Part shown: piece after piece, positions 40,574 through 51,768 of the stretch | Layout of the letters: each line of letters begins with the position of its first letter | How positions within the stretch are numbered: position 1 is the stretch's first letter | Source: Candidatus Heimdallarchaeota archaeon | GTDB lineage: Archaea > Asgardarchaeota > Heimdallarchaeia > JABLTI01 | DNA length: 64,000 bases | Direction of reading: 5' to 3' | Assembly: GCA_019058275.1 (NCBI GenBank) | Contig: JAHLVW010000059.1 | Location: 1-64,000 of the forward strand | Translations under genes and position numbers: made by a program | The notes under the pieces: generated by a model | Database searches by the model: none | Seen by the model: the letters and a program-made list of their open reading frames with translations, nothing else | What the model was told of the DNA's origin: nothing

Positions 40574-41308
40574 CTATTTTAGCATTTCAGTTGTTTTAAG
40601 ACTCTTCCAAGCTAATGCTTCACCATTTTTAATTCGATTGAATTCAGGGATATGTCTTAGAACTAATACTAGCATGCCTAGAAATGCATAAAGTAAGATA
40701 AATTGCCAACCCATTCCATCCATGAAATATGCATGTGGCCAGAAAGCTCCAGGTAAATTAAATCTGAAAGAGGTACTCTCTGTAAATAGATCTATCAGAT
40801 ACCAGAATGGTGTTACAAATGCTGATGCCCAACATGCTCCGATACCTGAAAATCCACTTAAACAGATTAGAATGAACATCATAATTATCCAGAAGAAGGC
40901 AGTTGGCCAATAGAAGAAAAACAGTAAACCTACGTATGTCCCCAATCCCTTTCCTCCTTGGAATTTCAAGTAAGGCATCCAACAATGACCAGCTACTGCA
41001 GCTATAGCAGTTAAAATGACGTAATACTCACCAAAAATATCTGGATCTCCAGACAAAGGTACAATGAGATACTCTACAATAGATGCTGCAAACATTCCTT
41101 TTACAATATCAACTGAGAATGTAATGGCACCCCAAGGCCATAGACCAGCAGCTCGGATGGTGTTTCTGGTGCTAACAGAACCAGATCCAAAATTTCGTGG
41201 ATCAATTCCAGCAACAGTCTTAGACACAATATATGCAGTGGGAAAGCCTCCAATAAGCAATCCAATAATAGGTGAAATAATAAATGGCCAAATATTCGCG
41301 AATGACAA
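40574..41308 (-). CDS. plsY: Glycerol-3-phosphate acyltransferase PlsY (bacterial-type), intact
   Basis: GGFPTAY, DPRNFGSGS...N..R, DIVKG, AAVAGH, GGKG, RH...RIKNGE. Confidence 0.85.
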   Translation of the reverse strand: MSFANIWPFIISPIIGLLIGGFPTAYIVSKTVAGIDPRNFGSGSVSTRNTIRAAGLWPWGAITFSVDIVKGMFAASIVEYLIVPLSGDPDIFGEYYVILTAIAAVAGHCWMPYLKFQGGKGLGTYVGLLFFFYWPTAFFWIIMMFILICLSGFSGIGACWASAFVTPFWYLIDLFTESTSFRFNLPGAFWPHAYFMDGMGWQFILLYAFLGMLVLVLRHIPEFNRIKNGEALAWKSLKTTEMLK

Positions 41309-41402
41309 TGTGAATCACTAAAACGATTCTATAATATTATTACTTAAAAAAAATTCGCTCTTGGAGATATTAATTATAATAAAAAGTATGAAAAGACTTA
41401 GT

Positions 41403-42101
41403 TTAGACCAAAATTATTTGGTCCTTCTCTAACTGAATTAAGCCACTTCTTTCAAGCACAAGTATTCGTTCTTTCAATGTATTTTCAGATAAATTAAGAA
41501 CTAATGCCAGATCATTGATGGTTAAATCTCCACCTCGAGATGTTAGTGATTGAATGATTCGTTGATCTATTCGTTGAGGAAGAAGCTCATATGAAATCGT
41601 TCTTATTTTACGTCTAATATTGGAATATGTTGCTTCAGCAATGGATTTAGCAATATTGACCTTATTCAACTCCTTTCCGATTTTTTTCAGCAAGTCACTA
41701 TATAAAGAGATTTTTTCTTTGGAGTTTGGTGATTTTGATAGTTTATTGCATTCAGAAACTATTTTTCCTAGTTCCGGGAATTCTTTTGGTGTTTGAATCT
41801 CAATTCTCGGAACATCGAATAAACCAACATCAAACATCTCAGGAGATATTTGTACCTCCACTCGTACTGCTCGAGCAATTTGATAGTAACGTCTGGGTGC
41901 ACCTTGTCCTGCATCTTTAAAATCAGATTCCAATAATCCTGACTCTTCCAAAAGCTGTAGATGACGAAAAATCGCTTGTTGACCCAATTCAAGATTATAA
42001 GCTAACTGTGTAAGATACATAGGTTCTGATGCTAACATAGAAAGAATTTTGCGTCTAGTTTCGCTTTTCAAAGCGAGAAAAATCTTATTAGTGTCTGACA
42101 T
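41403..42101 (-). CDS. ArsR-family heat-shock regulator (HSR1/Phr-like), two HTH domains
   Basis: ALKSETRRKIL...AIFRHLQLLEESGL...PRRYY; last gene of the hsp20-cdc48 operon. Confidence 0.8.
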   Translation of the reverse strand: MSDTNKIFLALKSETRRKILSMLASEPMYLTQLAYNLELGQQAIFRHLQLLEESGLLESDFKDAGQGAPRRYYQIARAVRVEVQISPEMFDVGLFDVPRIEIQTPKEFPELGKIVSECNKLSKSPNSKEKISLYSDLLKKIGKELNKVNIAKSIAEATYSNIRRKIRTISYELLPQRIDQRIIQSLTSRGGDLTINDLALVLNLSENTLKERILVLERSGLIQLEKDQIILV

Positions 42102-42148
42102 AAATTATCACACATGTTTACATTCATATTTTAGGTTTTGGAGGAATT

Positions 42149-44389
42149 TTAAATGTAAGAAATTCCTCCTTCTTTGAACCTATCTGAGATTCCACGATAT
42201 TTCTTCATGTCTTCTGAAGAGCTTTTGTGGATTTTGTTTAGAGCTTCTTCAAACAAACGATGAGTTATTTTGAATTCTTTTGATTTTAATTTCTCTAATG
42301 CGCCTTCGCTTGTTTTTGCTTTACCAATGAATTCTCTTATAGCAAGCATGCCTGCTTCCTTTGTAATTGCAGCTATATCAGCTCCTGTTAAACCATCAGT
42401 CATTTTAGCTAATTCACCCAGGTTAACATTTGTAGCAAGGGGCATACTTCGTGTGTGGATATTGAATATTACCTTGCGTGCTTTTAAGTTAGGTAAATCA
42501 ATGGAAATGTATCTATCAGTTCTTCCTGGACGTAATATTGCTGGGTCGATTATATCTGGACGATTTGAAGCCATGATGACAACAACATTCTTGAGTTTGG
42601 AAAGACCATCAATTTCTGTTAGTATTTGACTAACGACACGTTCTGTAACATTACTGTCATTAGCTCCACCTCTCGTAGGTGTGATACTTTCAACTTCATC
42701 CATAAATATGATACAAGGTGATGCTTGGCGTGCCTTTCTAAACAATTCACGAATGGCTTTCTCAGATTCTCCAACCCATTTACTCATAACTTCTGGTCCT
42801 TTAATACTAATGAAATTAGCTTCACTTTCAGATGCAACTGCTTTTGCCAGTAATGTTTTACCAGTTCCTGGTGGACCGTAAATTAAAATTCCTTTAGGTG
42901 GGTCAATACCTGCTTCTTCAAAAACTTCAGGATATTTTAAAGGCCACTCTATTGCTTCTCTTAATTCCTGGATAGCAGAATCTAATCCGCCAATTTCATC
43001 CCATTTAACATCTGGACTTTCTATGAAAACCTCTCGCATAGCAGAGGGTTCTACCATTGCTAAAGCATTTTCAAAATCAGATTGATTGACTTCAATTTCT
43101 TGGAGTATTTCTGGTGGTACAGTTTCTTCTTGCCAATCAATTTTCGGTAAAATTCTTCTCAAAGAACTCATTGCTGCTTCTTTAACTAAAGTAGCAAGAT
43201 CTGCACCAACGAAGCCATGAGTCACTTTTGCCATATTTGGAAGTTCAACATCTTCTACTAGAGGCATACCTCGAGTATGAATATGTAAGATATCTAATCT
43301 TCCCTGTGAATCAGGAACTCCAATCTCAATTTCACGGTCAAATCGACCTCCTCGTCTGAGAGCTGGATCAAGTGAATTTGGTCTATTAGTAGCAGCAATA
43401 ACAACTACCTGACCTCTGCTTTCGAGTCCGTCCATAAGTGCTAATAATTGAGCTACGACTCTTCGTTCAACTTCACCTGTTACTTCAGATCTTTTGGGTG
43501 CGATGGCATCAATTTCATCAATGAAAACAATTGATGGAGCATTATCTTCAGCTTCCTTGAAAACTCCTCGTATGTTTGCTTCACTTTCGCCATAAAACTT
43601 GGACATAATTTCGGGACCACTTAAGTGAATGAAATGAGCATCAGTTTCATTGGCGACTGCTTTTGCAAGCATTGTTTTACCGGTTCCAGGTGGTCCATAA
43701 ATAAGCAACCCTTTTGGAGCTTCAACTCCAAGCTTTTCAAAAATTTCAGGATATCGTAAAGGTAATTCAATCATTTCACGAAGCTTCTGAATAACATCCT
43801 CTAAACCACCAATATCCTCATAGCTAATTTGAGCTATTTTTCCATCTTCAACAGCAACTGGAGTTGAACGTAAATCAATTTTGGTATTTGCAGATACAAC
43901 TACGGTATTAAGCTGCTTAGGACTTACTCGAGCAACTTTGAAGACAATCTGATTTCCACCAAGAATTTGAATTCTTATTTGATCGCCAACAGAAACTGGT
44001 CGACCATTTAAAATTTGTAAAAGAAACTTACTATCTAGCTCTCCTCGAATAGCTTGAGTTGGAGCAACAATAACTTTAGTGCCCATAGGAGGTTTTATCT
44101 TTTTAATTATTACAAATTCGTCTAAACGCACACCAGAATTTAATCTAATAGTGCCATCTATCCTGATTATTCCTTTTTTCTCATCTTCTGGATAACCAGG
44201 CCAAACTTTTGCAGCAGTTCTTGTTTTACCGATAATTTCAATAATATCTCCTGCAGTTAAATCAAACTGTTTCATAACAGCATGACCAATTCTAGCTAAT
44301 CCTTTCCCTACATCACGATATTGTGAGTCGGATACACGTAAACGTATAGTATTATCAACACTACTGCCTTTACTGTCAATTGTAGACAT
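42149..44389 (-). CDS. cdc48: CDC48/VAT AAA+ ATPase
   Basis: N domain plus two AAA modules (GPPGTGKT x2); C-terminal ...SYI. Confidence 0.97.
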   Translation of the reverse strand: MSTIDSKGSSVDNTIRLRVSDSQYRDVGKGLARIGHAVMKQFDLTAGDIIEIIGKTRTAAKVWPGYPEDEKKGIIRIDGTIRLNSGVRLDEFVIIKKIKPPMGTKVIVAPTQAIRGELDSKFLLQILNGRPVSVGDQIRIQILGGNQIVFKVARVSPKQLNTVVVSANTKIDLRSTPVAVEDGKIAQISYEDIGGLEDVIQKLREMIELPLRYPEIFEKLGVEAPKGLLIYGPPGTGKTMLAKAVANETDAHFIHLSGPEIMSKFYGESEANIRGVFKEAEDNAPSIVFIDEIDAIAPKRSEVTGEVERRVVAQLLALMDGLESRGQVVVIAATNRPNSLDPALRRGGRFDREIEIGVPDSQGRLDILHIHTRGMPLVEDVELPNMAKVTHGFVGADLATLVKEAAMSSLRRILPKIDWQEETVPPEILQEIEVNQSDFENALAMVEPSAMREVFIESPDVKWDEIGGLDSAIQELREAIEWPLKYPEVFEEAGIDPPKGILIYGPPGTGKTLLAKAVASESEANFISIKGPEVMSKWVGESEKAIRELFRKARQASPCIIFMDEVESITPTRGGANDSNVTERVVSQILTEIDGLSKLKNVVVIMASNRPDIIDPAILRPGRTDRYISIDLPNLKARKVIFNIHTRSMPLATNVNLGELAKMTDGLTGADIAAITKEAGMLAIREFIGKAKTSEGALEKLKSKEFKITHRLFEEALNKIHKSSSEDMKKYRGISDRFKEGGISYI

Positions 44390-44434
44390 TATTCTAGTTC
44401 TCCTAAATTTTAATTAAATATTTTAGAAAGGATT

Positions 44435-45019
44435 TTACTCAATTTTCACTTCAAATCCTTCTTCTATTTTAGCGGGTTCTTTTCGTTGAATGGTTAATTC
44501 TAAAATACCATTTTTGTATTTGGCAGAGGCAGTTTTAGGGTTGACTTTTACAGATAGATCCCTATCACATGAATATAGTCTACCACCACTTTTAGCATCG
44601 ATAATTATCTTTGATTCAGTAGTTTTTACATTAATATCATTCTTATCAACACCAGGGAGTTCAGCCACTACCCTAACAACTTTATCTTCTATGAAGACAT
44701 CAACCAATGGTTCTCTATCCTTGGATGTTACTGGAGCACCTTTTATTGAAGGTTTTACATTTCCAAATTCCTTAAAAACAGGTTTGCCATCAGGGCCAAC
44801 ACTAAGATTCCAACCCCAAACCATAGGACCAAATTTCTTCCGAATTGCTTCAGGATCATTTACATCCATATGTTGCATCATACGTTCAATTTCATTCATT
44901 AATTGATCCATAAATTCATTGTTAAAGAAACCACTTTCTTCAAATAAATCGAAAGGTAACCATGGAAACATTTCTTTCCATCGTTTGTACTCATCATCTT
45001 TTTTCTTTCGCCATGACAT
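44435..45019 (-). CDS. hsp20: Archaeal small heat-shock protein Hsp20
   Basis: GPDGKPVFKEFGN, REPLVDV, AELPGV, YKNGILE. Confidence 0.95.
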   Translation of the reverse strand: MSWRKKKDDEYKRWKEMFPWLPFDLFEESGFFNNEFMDQLMNEIERMMQHMDVNDPEAIRKKFGPMVWGWNLSVGPDGKPVFKEFGNVKPSIKGAPVTSKDREPLVDVFIEDKVVRVVAELPGVDKNDINVKTTESKIIIDAKSGGRLYSCDRDLSVKVNPKTASAKYKNGILELTIQRKEPAKIEEGFEVKIE

Positions 45020-45061
45020 TTTTTATCCTCACAAACTTTTATTTTAGTGTTTTTCTCACAA

Positions 45062-45082
45062 TTTAGTGAATTACTCACTAAA
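45062..45082. promoter_or_regulatory. Palindromic operator upstream of the heat-shock operon
   Basis: TTTAGTGA-ATTAC-TCACTAAA, a perfect 8-5-8 inverted repeat ~45 nt upstream of hsp20. Confidence 0.7.
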
Positions 45083-45226
45083 AAGTTAATATTAAAATGT
45101 TTATTTAAGTAATATTTAAACCTTATCATATAATAAAAAAATCAAGTCTTATTGAGAAGTTAAAAAAGATAGAAAAAAAACAAGGAAAAAGAAAAGGAAA
45201 TTTAGTTATTAGAAGACATCTAACAA

Positions 45227-46072
45227 CTAATCAATATCAACTTTTAGTCGAGCTAAAATCTCATTCATGGTTCTTTCCTTTTTATCAATACCAATTACAT
45301 TTTTCAAAATAATTGAGCGAGTAGATCGGGGGGGTGTTAGGATAAGTGTACCAGAGCGGAAAACCAAGAATTCAATTATGTCAGGATATTCTTTTACTAT
45401 AGACATATTGGTTGCTGGGTAGCGTTCTACACCACCGCCAATACCTCGATGATGTAAGAGTTCATTTCCTTCAACTACGTAATAATTGAATAAAGATCCA
45501 AGTAAGGTAAGGGCAATTATGAATAGTAACAAAGCTGCTAGACCAAAATAAACTTGTGTCGAGAAGTATATTCTCATTGGTCTTTGTTCAGCTCCGGGGT
45601 CACCGCCAGATAAGAAACCAGTGTAAGCATTAACTAAGAGTAGAATAGCAATAATTGCTATGATAAGTACAATAATGATAATTGTACGAGCACGACTGAA
45701 ATCGAATGCTATTAAGATCAAGTTTAAGGAAAAGATTACTAAGAAGATAATTCCAATTACATCCATGTAACCAGAACCACGGACAGCTTCTTCTAAAGGC
45801 ACATCTCTATATCTATTCAACAACATTTGAGTTAGACCACATACCAAAGCAGCTATGAATGAAGGGATAAACAAAATCATAGAAGAATAGGATCTAATGA
45901 CCATTCTATCTTTGTATTCCTTTTCTTCGCTATCTTCTTGTGGCGTTGCTTTTTCTATATATATAGTTTCTACTTTCTTTACTACTTGAGTAGGTTCGTC
46001 ATGACGAGCTTCAACAATTTCTCGTTGAACTTCTTCATATTCTTCTACATGTTGTTCTGTTTCTTCGTACAA
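45227..46072 (-). CDS. Four-TM membrane protein with PH-like C-terminal domain
   Basis: Acidic N-terminus, hydrophobic helices, C-terminal HHRGI...EFLVFRSGTLIL. Confidence 0.55.
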   Translation of the reverse strand: MYEETEQHVEEYEEVQREIVEARHDEPTQVVKKVETIYIEKATPQEDSEEKEYKDRMVIRSYSSMILFIPSFIAALVCGLTQMLLNRYRDVPLEEAVRGSGYMDVIGIIFLVIFSLNLILIAFDFSRARTIIIIVLIIAIIAILLLVNAYTGFLSGGDPGAEQRPMRIYFSTQVYFGLAALLLFIIALTLLGSLFNYYVVEGNELLHHRGIGGGVERYPATNMSIVKEYPDIIEFLVFRSGTLILTPPRSTRSIILKNVIGIDKKERTMNEILARLKVDID

Positions 46073-46263
46073 AGAAAATCACCACTGAGAAAGAAAGAAC
46101 TTTCTAGTAAAAAAAGCTTCTTTAAGAGGTAATTTTGTGAGTTACGACCAAATGGATAACCATTTCTCATTCTACTGATTTTTTTTTTTCACTTTTTTCA
46201 GTATTCTGAAAAGAAATTTGCCATGCGAAATATTTAATAAGGAATAAGAGTATAGTCTCATAA

Positions 46264-46285
46264 TTATAAGAATGGGTTCTTATAA
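46264..46285. promoter_or_regulatory. Palindrome upstream of a wHTH gene
   Basis: TTATAAGAA-TGGG-TTCTTATAA. Confidence 0.5.
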
Positions 46286-46310
46286 AGTATAGGTCACTTA
46301 TCCTCAAGAA

Positions 46311-46778
46311 GTGAGAAAGAAGGCGAAAAAAATGTTTGTAGAATTAATGACAAGTACCATAAAAGATCGAGAAATGCGAATATGGGAATCACTTGAGAGA
46401 AAGAAAGGAACAAGAGGAAGGAAAAAGAGCAAGAAAACAGTCAGAGTTCAAGAGTTAATAATGGACCTGTTATATCTAAGCAGGCGATTAATGCGATCCT
46501 CAGAAATACGTATAGCTGTTGGTAGAAGGGTAAAAGGACTAAGTAATTATTTATTTTTCTCAGCTTTAACGGATTTACAAAAACAAGGTACGATTATCAA
46601 GAAGAAGAATTTGTTAAACATGAAATATACTTTCTATGCACTATCTGAAGATGAGAGAAGTCTTAGACACAGAGATAGTATGCCACGAGAACAAATAAGT
46701 GGTATAGAGCTTAAATACATCACATCACTTTATCAATTAGAAAGAGATCTTGTTTTAACAACAAGATTTTTCTTCTGA
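46311..46778 (+). CDS. Basic winged-helix DNA-binding protein
   Basis: MRSSEIRIAV...FFSALTDLQKQGTI...YTFYALS. Confidence 0.55.
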   Translation: MRKKAKKMFVELMTSTIKDREMRIWESLERKKGTRGRKKSKKTVRVQELIMDLLYLSRRLMRSSEIRIAVGRRVKGLSNYLFFSALTDLQKQGTIIKKKNLLNMKYTFYALSEDERSLRHRDSMPREQISGIELKYITSLYQLERDLVLTTRFFF

Positions 46779-46938
46779 CACTTTTTCTTTTATTTTTTAA
46801 CTGTTTTTTAATTGACAGTAGGCTATAAAATCAACGTAAATTGATGTTTTAAAGGAAAGGAGAAGCTAGATTAATTACTTAGTATGTTCTATACTTTATT
46901 GGTAATTGATATTTTGTACATTACCAAGGAGATTATAG

Positions 46939-47598
46939 ATGGCACCCGATTACAAAAAGCTTTACGAAATTATTTGCGACCTTTATTCGAATACAAACCA
47001 TTTTTATTATGGACAATGGGATGAGACTTTCTATACATTGCGTGTTTTTGAGACTTGCAAGCAATTGATAAAGAAAACCTGGACGAAGATTGATGAAGAG
47101 ATAGTTTTGACAGCAGCTCTCTTTCATGATGTAGGAAAAACAAAACTTGATACTGAAAAGAAAATCAAAGAGGAATGGGATGATCACCCAACCTATGGTG
47201 CAGAAATAGCTCGTAAAATTCTTCGTGATCAAGGATTTGTTAATGATTTTGTAGAAAAGGTTGTTTATCTAGTGAAACATCATGGTGATAGACCAAATAA
47301 GTTACAAATGGTTCGTACAGAAGAGCTTAAGATACTACAAGATGCAGATTTACTTGCAGATATGGGTATTGCTAGTTTTATCAGGCCATTCCTTTATAGT
47401 GGCAAAAATAAGAGGAAAACGATAAATAGTGTCAACTATATAAAATCTGCAAGAGGAAAAGATGGAAGTATATCAAAAGAAAACCTTTACCGATTAAATC
47501 TGAAAGCATCAAAACGATTAGCTGCTAAAATGATTAAAGAATCAGACAAACTAAATAATAAAATCTTTAAACTAACGGAATCAGACCTGCTCGATTGA
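46939..47598 (+). CDS. HD-domain phosphohydrolase
   Basis: ALFHDVGK, DDH, KHHG, QDADLL; first His replaced by Tyr (FYTLRV). Confidence 0.8.
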   Translation: MAPDYKKLYEIICDLYSNTNHFYYGQWDETFYTLRVFETCKQLIKKTWTKIDEEIVLTAALFHDVGKTKLDTEKKIKEEWDDHPTYGAEIARKILRDQGFVNDFVEKVVYLVKHHGDRPNKLQMVRTEELKILQDADLLADMGIASFIRPFLYSGKNKRKTINSVNYIKSARGKDGSISKENLYRLNLKASKRLAAKMIKESDKLNNKIFKLTESDLLD

Positions 47599-47665
47599 TT
47601 TGAAATTAATCAATCATTCTATCACCAAAATCCTTTAAACTGCTTGACGTGTACGATTGTTTTAG

Positions 47666-48523
47666 GTGGTATTATTGAAAGCGTTCATTTCTGTTGATTT
47701 GGAAGGGTTACCATATTTGGTAATACCAGGTCATTTAGGGTTGAAAGGGTCACTTTATAATGAAGCTCGCGAAATAGCTACAAAAATTACTATGATTATA
47801 GCTGAAGAATTGCATAGCAATGGTTTTGAGGAAATCATAATTGCAGATAGTCATGGACCAATGGTGAATTTACTAGTAGATGACCTACCTGAATATGTCG
47901 AAATAATAAGAGGGAATCCAAGACCTATAAGCATGGTTAATGGAGTAGAGGGTTGTGATGTAGCACTTTTTCTTGGCTATCATGCAAAATTTGGTACCGC
48001 AAGATCAACATTTGATCACACCTATAGTGGGAGAACAATACATTGTGTTGAGGTTAATGGAGACCCAGCAAGTGAATTTCTCCTCAATACGTATGTAGCT
48101 GGTGATCATAATGTTCCGGTTATACTTGTCGCGGGTGATGCACAATTATTGAAAGATGATGTTGCAAAATTCACTCCATGGGCGGAAGGAATTATACTTA
48201 AACAATCATTAAGTAGGCTTTCTGCAAGAAGTAAAAGTATGATTAAGATAGAAAAAGAACTTAGGGAAGGAACAAAGAGAGCGATTAAAAATTATAAAGA
48301 TAAACAAGTTAAGCCTTTAGTTGCAAAGAAGGAAGTGAAAATGGAAATAGCATTCCAAACCAGTCTTAGTGCTGATATCATTGAATTATTACCTTTTATA
48401 AAACGAATAGATGGTTTGAAAGTTGAATACCTAGCGAAAGATATGATTGAAGCCTATAACATCTTTCAAGTTCTTGTTACTGCTGCTAGCGGATTAAATG
48501 CCCTTATGCAATATTTACAATGA
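47666..48523 (+). CDS. dppA: M55 D-aminopeptidase (DppA family)
   Basis: ISVDLEG, ADSHG, GYHA, FDHT, SE. Confidence 0.9.
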   Translation: MVLLKAFISVDLEGLPYLVIPGHLGLKGSLYNEAREIATKITMIIAEELHSNGFEEIIIADSHGPMVNLLVDDLPEYVEIIRGNPRPISMVNGVEGCDVALFLGYHAKFGTARSTFDHTYSGRTIHCVEVNGDPASEFLLNTYVAGDHNVPVILVAGDAQLLKDDVAKFTPWAEGIILKQSLSRLSARSKSMIKIEKELREGTKRAIKNYKDKQVKPLVAKKEVKMEIAFQTSLSADIIELLPFIKRIDGLKVEYLAKDMIEAYNIFQVLVTAASGLNALMQYLQ

Positions 48524-48616
48524 AAATAAGAATAACTAATTCCTTTTTTCTCTTCGAAAGATTCAACTACTTAAAGTTGCAAAGGTACCAGAGTTATTTC
48601 TTGGTGGTGGAAAAAT

Positions 48617-48841
48617 ATGGTTGAACCTAAGTGTCCAGAATGTGAGAAAAGTGAATTTGAGTTTAGATATATTCTTCAAGAAGGAATGACCCAAGAATGG
48701 AAAGAACGGTTAATTCAGTATAGAGCAGACGGTAGAAATGAAAAATGGATTGAAGATGTAAAGAAACAATTTAATGAAGATAATCCTTGTGCTATTGCAT
48801 TTTGTACAAGTTGTGGTTATATTGTTGGAGTGGCAAAGTAA
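48617..48841 (+). CDS. Small Zn-ribbon protein with helical insert
   Basis: CPEC...FCTSCG. Confidence 0.6.
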   Translation: MVEPKCPECEKSEFEFRYILQEGMTQEWKERLIQYRADGRNEKWIEDVKKQFNEDNPCAIAFCTSCGYIVGVAK

Positions 48842-48852
48842 TTTTGTATAAC

Positions 48853-49719
48853 TTACTTTGCTTCAGTAAGTTTTTCACTCAATTCCCAAAGTTCTTCTTG
48901 TAGCTGTTTATTACTTGCAATCCTAGTGGGTTCTTTTATTTTATATCGGTAGAAGTACTTCCCGGTAACTCCATCTATTTCAGGGGAAGTTGCTAAATAT
49001 ATCGCATGTTTAGCAGCCTTTTCGGAGCTATCAGCAATGAATGACGATAATTTTGCTGTGATTTTCATCATCAAACTAGTACTACCAAGATTTGTTCTTG
49101 TATAACCTGGTGAGAAAGAGGTTACTGTAACATTTGCTTTCTTTAAACGTTCAGCTAAAGTATATGTAAACATATTAATGTACAGCTTAGATTCGGAGTA
49201 TGCTTTAAAGAGAGAATATCTCCTTTTGTCAAAATTATAGTCATCTAAATGGATTTTTCGTACTGCTGCAAATGAACCCGAACTCACATTAACAATTCGG
49301 GATGGTGAGCTTGATTTTATTATCTCTAGTAATAAATTCGTCAGAAGAAAATATCCTAAGTAATTAATTGCAAATGTGCTCTCTAAACCATTTTCAGTGA
49401 GTTGTTTCTTTGGTAACATAACTCCATGATTGTTAACTAAAACATCAAGTCGTTTGTATTTTTTCATGAATTCAGATACAAAATTCCTGATGGATTTTTG
49501 AGAAGCAAAATCACATATCATCAAATCCAAAGAATCTTTCTTGGTTTCTTCCTTAGTCTCTATCAAAGCTTTTTGCCCTTTTTCTTCATTTCTTACAACC
49601 ATAACTACATGAGCATCAAGCTCTGCTAATTGTTTAGCTGTTTCTTTACCAATACCTGAATTTGCACCTGTGACAATACAAATTTTGCCTTTCATTGATT
49701 CTGAAGTCAAATTAGTCAA
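48853..49719 (-). CDS. Short-chain dehydrogenase (retinol dehydrogenase-like)
   Basis: TGANSGIG, YSESK. Confidence 0.9.
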   Translation of the reverse strand: MTNLTSESMKGKICIVTGANSGIGKETAKQLAELDAHVVMVVRNEEKGQKALIETKEETKKDSLDLMICDFASQKSIRNFVSEFMKKYKRLDVLVNNHGVMLPKKQLTENGLESTFAINYLGYFLLTNLLLEIIKSSSPSRIVNVSSGSFAAVRKIHLDDYNFDKRRYSLFKAYSESKLYINMFTYTLAERLKKANVTVTSFSPGYTRTNLGSTSLMMKITAKLSSFIADSSEKAAKHAIYLATSPEIDGVTGKYFYRYKIKEPTRIASNKQLQEELWELSEKLTEAK

Positions 49720-50650
49720 TTTCCAATGTATTCGTACCTAACTTTGTTACTGAAGGATTTATTTTCGCAGAATTTATCTTTTCAGTATCCACTGAAATGT
49801 TTTCATCCTCTATGACGTTCGACTTTCGTTTAGGTATTTTAATAGCTATGATTACTGCGATAATGACAATCATATATACAGTATAAGCAATTAACTCAAG
49901 CCATGTAGGTTTATCTTGATAACCTATAAGTGCACGCAGAAATTGTCCAAGCTGAATCGTTTTATCATTTAGAATGGAGCTTGTATCCCAAACAACATTC
50001 TGAAGAAAGAAATCTTCAGATCCAAACCAACCAAGTTCTTGAAGTTCATGTAATCCATGTGTAAACAGGCCAGCAGCAAAAATGATTAGCACTATGCTAG
50101 TAATATTAAAGAAGTGTTTCAGGCTTATTTTTTGACCAGACCAGAAAATAGCTATAGCAAGTACAACTGAAACAGCAATACCAGTTATGCCACCCAAGAT
50201 TATAGCTCCAATATTGGTTTCAGTAGCAAAAACACCCACCATAAACAACGAGGTTTCAATACCTTCTCTTAGAACAGAAATAAATGCTAATATGATTAAA
50301 CCAAAGCGATGCTCATTGCTAATTGCTAGCTCAATTTTTTCTTCTAATTCTCCTTTAATATTCTTACTAGTTTTCATCATCCAAATAATAACCCAAGTAA
50401 GAATAATCGCAGCTATTATCATTGAAAATCCTTCAATGATTTTTTCATATTGTTCAAAGCTCCCCAAAATAAAGTAAAAAATTAACCCTAAGCTAATAGA
50501 TACAATAATTGCTGATATAGTACCAATCCAAATGTCCTTTCTTAGCTCCCTTCTTTCAACTTTCTTAACGTAACCTAATAAAATTCCAATAATCAGAGCT
50601 GCTTCAATACTTTCCCTCAGAGTTATTAAGAAAGTTGCTAGACTAAACAA
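49712..50650 (-). CDS. FTR1/EfeU iron permease
   Basis: Two RExxE motifs (RESIE, REGIE) and multiple TM helices. Confidence 0.92.
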   Translation of the reverse strand: MFSLATFLITLRESIEAALIIGILLGYVKKVERRELRKDIWIGTISAIIVSISLGLIFYFILGSFEQYEKIIEGFSMIIAAIILTWVIIWMMKTSKNIKGELEEKIELAISNEHRFGLIILAFISVLREGIETSLFMVGVFATETNIGAIILGGITGIAVSVVLAIAIFWSGQKISLKHFFNITSIVLIIFAAGLFTHGLHELQELGWFGSEDFFLQNVVWDTSSILNDKTIQLGQFLRALIGYQDKPTWLELIAYTVYMIVIIAVIIAIKIPKRKSNVIEDENISVDTEKINSAKINPSVTKLGTNTLEID

Positions 50651-50960
50651 AACTAAACACCTTATATAGTATAAGGAAGTTATATCTTAAATTAACCAGC
50701 ATTTCAAAAATGTAGTTTCTTTTATTAAAAAATAAATAAACTAAAGTTAGTTGTTTTCTGAACGGACATTATTTGGCAATTTCTTCAGATAGTTGCACAT
50801 AGCTAAAACAACATGGGATGTCTGCAATCATCAGAGGACTAACAAGAAATACAATCAAAGCAGTTCTAACAAGTATAAAAATAACTCCAGAATCTAAGCT
50901 TCAATATTTATCTCTCCGAGTTTACAAGCAGGATATAAGATATAGCTCTGAAAAATATAT

Positions 50961-51670
50961 TCATAATTTTTTAATTAATTTCAAGAACAGAAAATGAGGT
51001 TTAGTCGTTAAATTTTCATAAGATTCTGGAGAAATTTTCTTCGCTCAGGAACTGGCAATGGTTCAAGCAAGATGTCTACAAAAAAACCCGCTCTTCGAAA
51101 AATAGCTAACATATTGGCTAGGGCTCGATGATAGTATTTAAAAGTATAAGGTTTCCCATTAATGGTCCATGTTTCCTCATAAAGTTCTTTTTTAAAGTAA
51201 TTTGGTCTATTATGCCACTTCCAATCTGCATGAGGATGATGGGTAGAGATAATTATTGAACCATTGTTTCTAAGAACTCGATGAAATTCATCAAACACAG
51301 GCAACCAATTACTAATATAATGCAAGACAAGTGAAGCAATGATAACATCAATGGAATCTGTTTCTACAAAATCTAGAGGTTTTGATACATCAGCAACAAA
51401 AACCTTAGCTTTAGAACCTAGACGTTTTTTCGTATATTCAATCATTTTTTCACTAATATCAATAGCTATGATCTTTGCTCTTTGGTCAACTAGCCATTCA
51501 GTTAATGCTCCACCAGCACATCCAACTTCTAAAATCGTTTTGTCTTTAACTTCAAATGTCAATGATTTAATTGCTGGACGATCGTAATATACATAGTGAA
51601 CTTGTTTTTCACTTTTGAGAATATAGGCTTCACTCATGTTGTTATATTCTTTAGCAGGATCATTTTTCAT
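50961..51670 (-). CDS. Class I SAM-dependent methyltransferase with probable frameshift near the C-terminus
   Basis: LEVGCAGG motif I. A shift at ~51043 restores AKKISPESYENLTTKPHFLFLKLIKKL* (stop 50961). Confidence 0.75.
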
Positions 51671-51768
51671 AAGTTATTACTATTGTAGGTTCTAAAAAGT
51701 TCTTCTGCTGTTAAGTAAAAAGAAATTCATCAACTCATTCCTTATTTTGATTAATAAGTTTATTATGT

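Noticed and set aside
50765-50900. Short hydrophobic minus-strand frame upstream of FTR1
   Set aside because: No in-frame start and no recognisable family; at most a remnant.
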